Origin: Terriglobia bacterium
GTDB lineage: Bacteria > Acidobacteriota > Terriglobia > Acidiferrales > UBA7541
Length of the DNA stretch: 64,000 nucleotides
NCBI GenBank assembly: GCA_963695545.1
Contig: OY968796.1
Span: 3,072,001-3,136,000 of the forward strand
Direction: 5' to 3'
Shown: one piece after another, positions 40,648-51,000 of the stretch
Position numbering within the stretch: position 1 is the first letter of the stretch
How the letters are laid out: every line of letters starts with the position of its first letter
Program-made: the position numbers and the translations under genes
The notes under the pieces: model-generated
What the model saw: only the letters and a program-made list of their open reading frames with translations
The model's database searches: none
What the model was told of the DNA's origin: nothing

Positions 40648-42579
40648 GTGGATCATCGAAACGCAAAGCGCTTTTGGATCGCAGGCCTCGTTGCCTGCGC
40701 AACCCTCACCCTGGCGGGGCTTGGCTTTGTGCGATGGCGGGCGCAGCAAGCGCTGAGCAGCTCCGAACGTGAAGTTGCCTCCGAGCAAAATTTGGGCTTC
40801 GTTGTTCGGCCGGTCACCGAAGCCGCCGACAGCAGGTTTGAATGGATCAGCTCTCCGGCAGTCTTCTCCCATGCAGTCGAGTTTCAAGGCCAGTTGTACG
40901 TGAGTGGTCCCGCGGGGCTCTATGAGTTCGGCGCCGACGGCAAGCTCGAGAAGGAGTATCACGCCGGCAAAGATTTGCCATCGTCTCCGCTAACCCGCAT
41001 GGCGACGGCGATCCTGGCCGATTCGGGCCAGCCGGAACTGGTGATCGCGACTAAGAGCGAGGGCCTCGTCGCGTTTAATGGCTCGAGCTTCCGCCAGATT
41101 CGCCCTACAGACGCGGAGAATCGAGAAATCACGGCCATCCTGCCGCTGGCTTCAGGGCAACTCCTGATTGGCACCGCCAAGCAAGGCGTTCTGATCTACG
41201 ACGGAAAGCATCTGGGTCCGTTCCACCCCACACTTTCCGGCATTCACGTCACCGAATTAGCCGGCGATCAATCCGATTTGTGGATCGGCACGATCGATCG
41301 CGGCGTCCTCCACTGGCATGGCGGAGAGACCGACACGTTCGGTGAAGCCGAAGGCCTGCCCGATCCCCAGGTTCTTTCGCTGCTCGTGGCGGACGAGCGT
41401 ACGTTCGTCGGAACCCCGCTCGGCGTTGCCGAATTCCGCCAGGGACGCCTCGAGCGCGTTCTGGCGCAGGGCGCGTTCGCGCAAGCGCTCGGCGCCAGCG
41501 ACGACGCGCTCTTCATCGGCACGCTCGATCAGGGCGTCGTTCGCGCGCCTCTCGCCGCCAATCCGTTTCCGGGTGGGATCGCGCCAGATTCGCAGCAGAT
41601 CGACGATGTCGTGCAAATCTTTAAGTCCTCGGACGGCGTGTATGCGCTGGCGCGGCAGGGCCTTTATGCACTCGGTGAGCGGGGCGGCGGCGCGAAGCAG
41701 CTCATTCAGCCTGCGGAAGCAGCGCTCGCGGACGCGAACGTTTCGGCACTTTCGGTCGACGCGCAAGGCAAGCTCTGGGTCGGCTATTTCGATCGCGGCC
41801 TCGATATCGTCGAAGCTGACGGACGCCGCGCGCGCCACGTGGAAGACGATCGCGTTTTCTGCGTGAACCGCATCGTTCCCGCCCGCGCCGGCGCGGCCAC
41901 CGCCGTCGCCACGGCCAACGGTCTCATCATGTTCGATTCCGACGGCAACGAGCGGCAAATCCTCACGCACGCCGATGGCTTGATCGCGGATCACGTCACC
42001 GATGTCGCCATCGAACCTGACGGCATGGCCATCGCGACTCCGGCAGGAATCACGTTTCTGGGCGCGGATGGCGCGCGCAGCCTTTACGCCTTCGAGGGCC
42101 TCGTCAATAACCACGTGTACGCGCTCGGCGCTTCCGGACAAGAACTGATCGCGGGAACTCTTGGCGGCATCTCCGTCCTCGATCAAGGCCAAATCATCGC
42201 GAACTACACCACCGCAAATTCTGCGCTCGGACACAATTGGATCTCCGCCGTCGTTCCGCTCGGGCGCGAATGGATGGTCGGGACTTACGGCGGAGGCATC
42301 GTGAGGCTCGATGATTCCGGCAAGTTCCATTCCTACGACGTCGCCACAGCCGATTTCGACGTGAATCCGAACGCCATGCTGGTGACCAACGGCCACGTGT
42401 ATGCGGGAAGCCTGGGCCAGGGGCTCTACATTTACGATCGCGGTTCTGACCGCTGGTCGAACGTCACCGCTGGCTTGCCATCGGAAAATGTGACGGCGCT
42501 CGCACAGGACAACGGCTACATCTACGTCGGCACGGACAACGGCCTCGTGCGTGTGCGCGAACAGGATCTCCTGCAATGA
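40648..42579 (+). CDS. Membrane-anchored beta-propeller protein (regulator-propeller-like blades)
   Basis: N-terminal TM helix; repeated blades LWIGT..RGV, TFVGT..GV, LFIGT..QGV, LWVGY..RGL, GL....VT.L, IYVGTDNGL. Confidence 0.8.
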   Translation: MDHRNAKRFWIAGLVACATLTLAGLGFVRWRAQQALSSSEREVASEQNLGFVVRPVTEAADSRFEWISSPAVFSHAVEFQGQLYVSGPAGLYEFGADGKLEKEYHAGKDLPSSPLTRMATAILADSGQPELVIATKSEGLVAFNGSSFRQIRPTDAENREITAILPLASGQLLIGTAKQGVLIYDGKHLGPFHPTLSGIHVTELAGDQSDLWIGTIDRGVLHWHGGETDTFGEAEGLPDPQVLSLLVADERTFVGTPLGVAEFRQGRLERVLAQGAFAQALGASDDALFIGTLDQGVVRAPLAANPFPGGIAPDSQQIDDVVQIFKSSDGVYALARQGLYALGERGGGAKQLIQPAEAALADANVSALSVDAQGKLWVGYFDRGLDIVEADGRRARHVEDDRVFCVNRIVPARAGAATAVATANGLIMFDSDGNERQILTHADGLIADHVTDVAIEPDGMAIATPAGITFLGADGARSLYAFEGLVNNHVYALGASGQELIAGTLGGISVLDQGQIIANYTTANSALGHNWISAVVPLGREWMVGTYGGGIVRLDDSGKFHSYDVATADFDVNPNAMLVTNGHVYAGSLGQGLYIYDRGSDRWSNVTAGLPSENVTALAQDNGYIYVGTDNGLVRVREQDLLQ

Positions 42580-45008
42580 CGCGGAAGCATTTCAGCTTCG
42601 TGTTCACGTTCGCCCTGGCGATTCTGTTCGGAGTGTCGTCGCGGCCGTCGAGCGTCCTCGGCGATGCCGGAGTTTTGCTCCCGAGCGACGAGCAGCAGCC
42701 CGATCCTTCCGTCCTCTCGCTCGAAGAAATGGACGTCACGATCCAAATCGACAACGGCGACGCGCGCGTGTTCATCCGCCAGATATTCGCGAATCACACC
42801 GCGTCGATTCAAGAGGGCACCTACATCTTCGCGCTGCCGAGCCGTGCCACCGTCTCCGATTTCGCCGTGTGGGACGGACCGACGCGCATTCCTGCCGTGA
42901 TCCTCGAACGCAAGCGCGCTCAGGAAATCTACAACGCGCTGAAGGCGCAGGCGATCGACCCCGGCTTGCTTGAGGCGGGCGAAAGCGACAACGCCGAAGC
43001 GACACGCACGAACGTGTTCAACGCCAAAATAACTCCGATTCCCGCGTACGGCACGAAGCGCCTTGAGATCGAATATCACGAAAGTATTCCCGTCGAGAAT
43101 TTGAAATCGTATTTTGTCCTGCCGCTGCATCCCGATGCCTACCACGCGCAAGTGGCCGAGCATTTGACGATTCATTTCGAGCTCGATTCGGCCCATCCCA
43201 TTCTCAATTTTCGATTTGGCGGAAAAACCTACCCGCTCGCGCAGCAGGAAAGCGACGCTCACGGTGTGAAAGGCACGTTCGAGGGGCAGCATGTCCTGCT
43301 GGGCGAGGATTTTTCGATCACCTACCAGCTCGATCCCGCGGGAACGGACAAAGCCCGCGTGCTCACCTACCGCCAGCCCGAATCCGGCCAGCCCAATCCC
43401 ACAGAAATGTCGCCGGAACGAAACGTGCGCGAGCCCGGATTCTTCGAGACCGAAGCGCTTCTCGGATTTGGCAACAGCGCTGTCCCGTCGACCGTTACCG
43501 TCGCCGCGCCCGGCGCGAGCGCAACCGCAGCGCCGCCGAAAACGGTCGTCCTGCTATTCGACACTTCGCTCTCGATGCAGTGGGACAAACTCGAACGCAG
43601 TTATATGGCGCTCGAGCGTATTCTCCATTCGCTCAAGCCCGCCGACAAATTCAATCTCTTGCTCTTCAACACCGAGCTATCGCCGTTCCAGCCGTCGCCG
43701 GTCGCCGCCGATCCCGCCACCATCGAAAAGGCGATCGATTTTGTGCGCGCGAGCCGCCTGCGCGGCGGAACCGATTTGCAGCAAGCTCTTCGGCAAGCGC
43801 TGGCGCAGTGCGCGTCGAACGATTCGCCAGATCCGTACGTGGTACTCCTAAGCGATGGCGGCGCCACAAGCGGCATCGTTCAGAACGGCAAACTTGCTGC
43901 CTGGTACGCAACCGAATGGAAGAAGCTGCCGCCCGCCGAGCGCCCCCGCACATATATTTTCGCCGTCGGAGACGACGCGAATCTTCCGTTGCTCAAGATG
44001 CTCGCGCGCAATGACGGTGTTCTCGAATCCGTGCTTTCCACCGAGCCGGCGGATTTTAAGCTCGATTCCTTTCTCTCGAAAATCGGCCGAAGCCCCGTGG
44101 CCGAACTTGGCATGAACGTAGCTCCGCGAGGCGCGGTGGACCTTGTCTACCCACTGCAGGACAGCGCCTTTGCCGGCTCCGTCGCGTCCTGGGTAGGCGA
44201 ATATCACGAAGCCGCGCGCGGCGTCGCGTTCGATGTGTCCGGTGTGCGCGAAGGCCAGCCATTCGACTTTCGCGAAACCGCCGACTTGCCCGAAAAATCG
44301 CTCGATCATCCGCAGCTGCCGCGGCTCTGGGCCCGCGCGCGCGTCGATGCGTTGCTCGAAAAAATCGAGCGCGACGGCGAGGACCAAGCCACCATCGACG
44401 AAATCGTTCAGCTTTCGCGCAAATATAAACTTGTAACGCCTTACACGTCGTTCCTCGCCGTTCCGCGCGCGCTGCTTCGGCCGCGCGTGATTCGGCCGGG
44501 CGATCCGGTGCTGCGCGTGCGCACCGATGAATCCATCGTCTCGGTCGTCGCGCTATTTCCGTTCGGGCTTGTACAGGAACTGCGCTACTTGCCTCAAGAC
44601 GATATATGGCAGACGCGCTTCCTCGCGCCCGCCGATATGCGCGACGGCACGTACGACGTGCGCCTGATTCTCCGCGACAAACTTGGCCACACATATCGCG
44701 AATCGAAAAGTTTCGTCATCGCCAGCACGCCTCCCACGGTACAAATTCGCCTGGACCGCACGCGATTCCATCGCGGCGAAACCGTGGCGTTGCGCGTGAA
44801 CGCTTCCGAAAGCACACGCACTCTTGTCGCGCGCATGGAAGGCGCCGATTCCACTTTCCTCCACTGGGATTCGCACGCCGGCGCGAACACCGGTCAGATC
44901 GTCGTGCCACCCGACTTGCCCGTAGGAACGTACCCGCTCACCGTCACCGCCGAGGACATCGCGCACAACACCGGCTCGCAAGAGGTGCAAATTGAAATCC
45001 TCCCGTAA
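42576..45008 (+). CDS. Secreted VIT + vWA domain protein with C-terminal Ig-like extension
   Basis: Signal peptide; VIT (QIFAN...EGTYIFALP..A.VSDF...ER.RA.EIY......DPGLLE); MIDAS DTSLS...GGTD...LSDG; LWARARV...LVTPYTSFLA. Confidence 0.88.
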   Translation: MTRKHFSFVFTFALAILFGVSSRPSSVLGDAGVLLPSDEQQPDPSVLSLEEMDVTIQIDNGDARVFIRQIFANHTASIQEGTYIFALPSRATVSDFAVWDGPTRIPAVILERKRAQEIYNALKAQAIDPGLLEAGESDNAEATRTNVFNAKITPIPAYGTKRLEIEYHESIPVENLKSYFVLPLHPDAYHAQVAEHLTIHFELDSAHPILNFRFGGKTYPLAQQESDAHGVKGTFEGQHVLLGEDFSITYQLDPAGTDKARVLTYRQPESGQPNPTEMSPERNVREPGFFETEALLGFGNSAVPSTVTVAAPGASATAAPPKTVVLLFDTSLSMQWDKLERSYMALERILHSLKPADKFNLLLFNTELSPFQPSPVAADPATIEKAIDFVRASRLRGGTDLQQALRQALAQCASNDSPDPYVVLLSDGGATSGIVQNGKLAAWYATEWKKLPPAERPRTYIFAVGDDANLPLLKMLARNDGVLESVLSTEPADFKLDSFLSKIGRSPVAELGMNVAPRGAVDLVYPLQDSAFAGSVASWVGEYHEAARGVAFDVSGVREGQPFDFRETADLPEKSLDHPQLPRLWARARVDALLEKIERDGEDQATIDEIVQLSRKYKLVTPYTSFLAVPRALLRPRVIRPGDPVLRVRTDESIVSVVALFPFGLVQELRYLPQDDIWQTRFLAPADMRDGTYDVRLILRDKLGHTYRESKSFVIASTPPTVQIRLDRTRFHRGETVALRVNASESTRTLVARMEGADSTFLHWDSHAGANTGQIVVPPDLPVGTYPLTVTAEDIAHNTGSQEVQIEILP

Positions 45009-48000
45009 GCCAGCGACGAAAACCCTGCTCGTCTGTGCGGCCGGAATCGCGGCTGTGATCGCTGCGATAGGCACGGCGGCGCGCGGCGAAATTCCCGAGT
45101 GGTTGCAGAATATCGAGTCCGGAACGCCGATTGAAAACGCGCTGTTCCGCTGGATGGAGTTGCCAGGCGGGAAAGTTCCGGCGCTCCGTCCGCCGGCCGA
45201 AGCGCGGCCGCTGCTCGCTGATTTGCTTCACGCGCAGCCCAGCAACGCGGAACTCTATTCTCTGCGCGCCATGGAAGAAGAACAGCAGCTCGATTTTGAT
45301 TCCGCCGAAAAAGATTGGAAATCCTACGCGCAATCCGCCGCCGATCGCACCTCCGCGCAATTGGCGCTCGCCGATTTTTACGCTCGCCGCGCGCGCCCTG
45401 CCGACGAGGTCGCGGCGCTCGCGGCTGTCGCGCAATCGCCGTCGGCTGGATCCGGAAATCTCCTCGCGCCGCAGCAACAACAATCCTGGCTCGCATTCAC
45501 CCGGATTTTCACCGTCATCGCGGCGAATGCGCTTCCTCGGGAAATGTCCGACACCGAATATCAATCCTGGATCACACGTTATCCGCGCGAGACTTCGCTC
45601 TACGCAAAATATTTCGAGTTTCTACTCGATCAGAAAGAATATGGCCGCGCCGCCGCCTTGATCCCGGCATACACCAAGGCCTTTCCAGACGACGCCGTGT
45701 TTCCCGTGAAGGCCCGCGCGCTTCTCGACTACCGGCAGGGAAACGTCGAGCAGGGCCTCGAGGTCTACGATCGCGCCTTCCAGCCGCTCTGGCCCGACGA
45801 ATTGATTCAGGACTACTTCGGCCTTCTCGGCGAAACGCACAGCCTGCGGAAATTCCTCGATGCGTCGCGCGCCGCACACGAAGCCAATCCCGACGATCTC
45901 GATCCGGTCGCGAGGCTCTTTTATTACTACAAACAAGAAGGCAAGCCGGACGCCGCCGAAGAAGTGATCGACGACTTCCGCGCGCACAAGGAGAGCGCCA
46001 GCATTCCGTGGACCGCAGACGAACTCTACACGCTCGCGCGCCTGCTTGAAACCATTCAGGCCTATCCGGAGGCGGGCCGCTACTATCTCGCGCTTTACAA
46101 CGTCCCCGGTGCCTCCGAAAACGAAAATCGCCAGCGATCGCTCGTCGGACTCATCCACATCCTGCTCGCCTGTCCCGATCAACCCCTGCACCTCGGCGCA
46201 GCGGATCTTTCGATGTACAAGGACATCGGCACTGCCGATCCCGGTCCCGGCTTTCTGAACGGCATTCTTTCGCTGCTTTTCAATTCCGAAGATCCGCAAT
46301 CAAGTTTCGCGGAAGAGGAGCAGCGCGGCATTCCATATTTTCACCGCGCGGAGGCGGCCAAGCTTCTGGCGCTTCTCGATGAACAATGTCCCAACGCGCC
46401 CGAACGCGCCGCGCTTCATGCGCAGTTGATCGAAGCCTACGTCGATTACGGCGAAAGCGATGCCGTGATCGCAGGCGGCAAGAAGTTCCTGGCGGACTTT
46501 CCCGATGCGCCGGAAAGAACGCACGTCTCGCTGCTGATGGCGGACGCCTACGCTCGCCTCGGCCAGCCCGACGATGAATTTGCCATCTACGACGCCGTAC
46601 TTCGCGAGCTTGCGCAAAACGCGCAGAATATCCCGCTGGGCGCGGACGCGTCCGGCGAGCAGCAGTGGCAACGGCAGCGCCGCCCGGCTTTCGAGCAGGG
46701 AACGTCCGACGATCTGGATTCGAGCGACGACGCAGGCGCCGAAGGAAATCCCAGCGCGCCCGCCGCAGCCCAGGCCTTCTCGATCGACTCGAACGGGACG
46801 TCGCCGACCAACGGCCCGCGCTCAGTTGAATACTCGAGCGTGCTCGAACGTTACCTCGCTCGTCTCGCCGCGCTCAAGCAACTTCCGCGCGCGCTCGAAG
46901 TGCTGCGCCGCGAAGTGGATCGCAATCCGAATGATCCCGGCCTCTACGAGCGTCTCGCGCAATTCCTGGAGCAAAACCGACTGGACCAGCAGCAGGAAGA
47001 AGTCTACCAGCGCGCCATTCAGCAATTTCCCGATCGCTCCTGGTATCACAGGCTCGCGCGGCTTTATTTGCGCCAGGAACGAGCCGACGAATTCGAGCAG
47101 CTCAGCGATCAAGTCGTGAAAATCTTCGCGGGCAGCGATCTCGAATCCTATTTCAGAGACGTCGTAGCGAGCTATGGTTTCGTCGGACCGCAGCTTTACT
47201 TCCGTCTGAATCTCTACGCCAACCAGCGCTTCCCGCACAATCTGACGTTCGTCCACAATCTTCTGAACGCCTATCACACGCGCGGCACGTACGATGAAGT
47301 CGCCTGGGAAAACCTCCTGCGCCAACATTGGTTCGAGGACGATGGCTTGCGCGCCGAGTACTTCGAGTTTCTCTCGCGCACGAATCAGCTCGATGAAGCT
47401 CTGCAAGCTCTGCGCACGGCCAACCCCGATATCGGGGAGGGGAAGTGGCAGCAGGCGGCGCAGTCAAATCCCGCCGCGGTGCGAATGTTTGCCGAAGCGG
47501 AACTCTGGCGATCGCATTTTGAAAACGGAATGCCCGCGCTGGGCGCCCTGGCCGCCGAATTTCCCGCCGACCGCGATCTTGGCGCCGAAGCTTCCGCGGT
47601 CTACCGCTCGCTGGCCTATTTCGATGGACAGAATACCGAAGCCGCCGTGCGCGTCGAACAGAATCTTCTGCAATCGAATCCCAGCGATCGCGACACGCTC
47701 GCGCGCATCGGCGATATTTATGCCGACCGCGATATGTTCTCTGACGCCGCACCCTATTGGAATCGCATGGCGGAAATCGAGCCAGGCCAGGCCGATTCGT
47801 ATCTTTCCGCCGCCACCGTTTTCTGGGACTACTACAAATTCGACGACGCCTTGCGTCTTCTCGATTTGGGCCGCACAAAACTCGGAAATCAAAATCTTTT
47901 CGCCTACCAAGAAGGAGCGATCTACGAAAACGAGCGCGATTATCCGCGCGCCATCGCCGAATACGTGAAGGGCGCTCTCTCCGACGGCGAGAACTCCGAA

Positions 48001-51000
48001 TCCTGGAATCGCCTGATGGACCTCGCGCACCGTCCGAATCTTAAAGACGTTGCCGATCGCGGCACGGTCCAGATTGTCGACGCGCAAAATCCCACTATCG
48101 CCGAGATTCGGCTCCGGGTGAAAATTCTCGAGGTGCAGGATCGCAAGGCGGATATGCGCGCCTTCCTCCTGGACGAAATCGCGCGCACCGATTCTCTCGA
48201 CCTCGCCGAACAGATCGAAACGCTCGCGCAAGAGCAGTCACTCGAAGACGTTCGCCAACGCGCAATCGAACAGCAAGCCAAATTAACCACCGATCCCGTT
48301 CATCGCCTCGAATTGCGTTACGCGCTCGTCCAGTTTTTCGAGAGCAAGAAGGATTTCGCGCCGGCGCAGACGGAAATCGAAGCGCTCTACCAGGAAAATC
48401 CGAAAATCCTGGGAGTCGTCCGCGCGACCGTCGATTTCTACTGGCAGCAGAAAATGCAGCAGCGCGCCATCGACGTCCTTCAGCAGGCGGCCAAGGATTC
48501 CTATCCGGCCCTTCGCGATAAATTCAATTACGAAGCCGCGCGCAAGGCCACCGACTCCGGAAATTACGCTTTGGCGCAGCAGCTCCTGAATCCTCTGTTG
48601 CAACAATCGCCCTATGACGGTGAATTGCTCGCCGCGATGGCGGACACCTACGCGCGCTCCGGCGATAACGCCGGCCTGCGCGATTTCTACCTCGCGAAGA
48701 TCGCGCTGTTTCGCCAGGCGCCTCTCGCATCCGATGATCGCATCGCGCGCATTGCCGAATTGCGGCGCGGCCTGATCCCCGCGCTCACGCAGTTGAAGGA
48801 TTACGCAGGCGCCGCGGATCAGTACATCGAAATCATCAATCAATTTCCCGAGGACGCGGGCCTCTCGACCGAAGCCGCCCTTCACGCCGAAAAATACGGC
48901 GTGCAATCGCGCCTCACCGCGTTCTACGCCAAAACCGTTTCCGATTCGCCGCGCGATTTCCGCTGGCCCATGGTTCTTGCTCGCCTGCAAACGCAGTTTG
49001 AGGATTACCCCGGCGCAATCGCGTCCTACGCGAAATCGATCGCTGTTCGACCCGATCGCGTGGACCTTTACGAAGCGCGCGCGGATTTGCTCGAGCGCTT
49101 GATGCGCTTCGACGAAGCGGCCGCCGATTACGCGAAGCTCTACGATCTTTCCTATCACGATCAGAAGTGGATGATGAAGGTGGCGGAAGTCCGAGCGCGC
49201 CAGGGCAAGCCCGACGAAGTCGTCGATGCCCTGAAGATCGCGCTCGTCGATGGCCGGCCCGCGGACCCGCAGAATTTCTTCGATGTCGCTCAGTCGCTCG
49301 AATCCTGGGGATATCTCTTGCAAGCGAAAGATTTCGCGCAACAAGGTGCGGACGCCGCCGGCAGAGATTTGCTCGCCAATCCCGCCAATCGCGCCGGCGC
49401 GCAACTCTACGTTCGCATTCTCACGCGCCTTCGCGAATACCCGCAGGCATATGCGCGGCTCGAGGACGCGCTAAGCGCCGCGCAATCGCCGGGTATTTCG
49501 TTCACGTCCACGGTGCAGCAAGTTGAAAAACAGGGCTTCGCCGCCGTCACCGATTCGCAGTGGCGCCAGCGCGAGCAGGAATTGCGCTCCGCATCCGGCA
49601 AGCAGGGAATGGATGCGTGCATGAGGGAGATGGGCGCCGCCGCCGCGCAGTACTTCACGCCGGAAGAGACGTCCGCGTTCTCCCAATTCCTTGCGGGGAA
49701 TCAAACCGCCGGCGCGCCGCCCGATTACTTGATCGACGCCGCCGAAGCCGCCCGCCTTTCGGACCTCGAAGCGCGCTGGCGATATGCCGCCGCACAGTTC
49801 GATGCCCCTGGGAATCTATCGCGCTTGATCCAATTGCAATCCGCGCGGCTGAAGTATTCAGAATTGGGCGCTCAGCTCGAGGAAATTGCGGACCGCACCG
49901 GCAATCAGTATTCGCGTTCGTACGCGTTGCGGAGCGCTGCCGACGCTTATCGCTCGGCCGGAGATCCCCAAAGCGAGTTGCGCATCTATTCCGAGGGACT
50001 TTTTCGCGAAAATGAGCAGCGCTACTTCGAGCTGCTCTTCGAGCTCCAGCGCCAACAGATCGTCGACCTGGCCGGCAGCAGCCAGGGCATCTATTACGAT
50101 TCCGCCGCGAATTTCGCCGTGGCCAGCGGCGATGAAAAGCTCGCGAACGCCGCTATTCAAGCCCACGGCGCTTCGTTGCCTCCCGTGTGGACGAAAGCCT
50201 ACACGGGCCTCACTGGTCTTTTCTATTCCGACGGCGCCGCGAATGTGAACGGTTCGTTCCTGGATATTCTGGATGATCGCCCTATCGGGGAGCGCCTCGG
50301 CCAGAAGCTCGATCTCAATCAGCAGCTCGCCGGAGACGTATGGTTCTACTACGGTTCGCGCTACGGCGAGTATCTCGCCGCCACGCATCAAGGAGATCCC
50401 GAAGATTATCTTCCGGCCTCGCTTGAACAATCGCCCGGCAGCGCCGGCGCATATTTCACAATCGCTGAGTATTATTCCGATGCTGGCGATTCCGCGCGCG
50501 CCATCGCGAATTATCAGTATTCGCTCGAGCTCAATCCCGATCAGCCCAGCGTTTATGACCGCATTGCCGTGCTCGACTGGCAGGCCGGCCAGCACGCTCA
50601 AGCCATCGCCGCGTGGAAGCGCGCTCTCGATCTTCTCGAAAAACAGCAAGCCAAAGGTTCCGTCCCGCAAAGTTTCTGGAGCGATTTCGCTTCCATCGCG
50701 CAGCATTTGGGCCAGCGCAAACTCGCCGCCGAGTTTCGCCCAGGCATGGACGCGCTCTTGCGCGAATATGTCGGCCGCAATGGCTTCTATAACCTGATGC
50801 CGCTGCTGCGCGCCGCGTATTCCTCGCTCAACGATCCCGCCGCCGGCGCCGCGTGGCTCTTAGATCTCTCGTCCGCCACGAACACGCAGGGAACGATTCT
50901 CGCGGAGCTTTCCGACGTGGACTGGATTCCGCTGCGGCAGCGAGAGCCCTTCTTTCAGCGCATAATCGAGCTCAAGCAAACCAACGTCGAAAAAAGTGAG

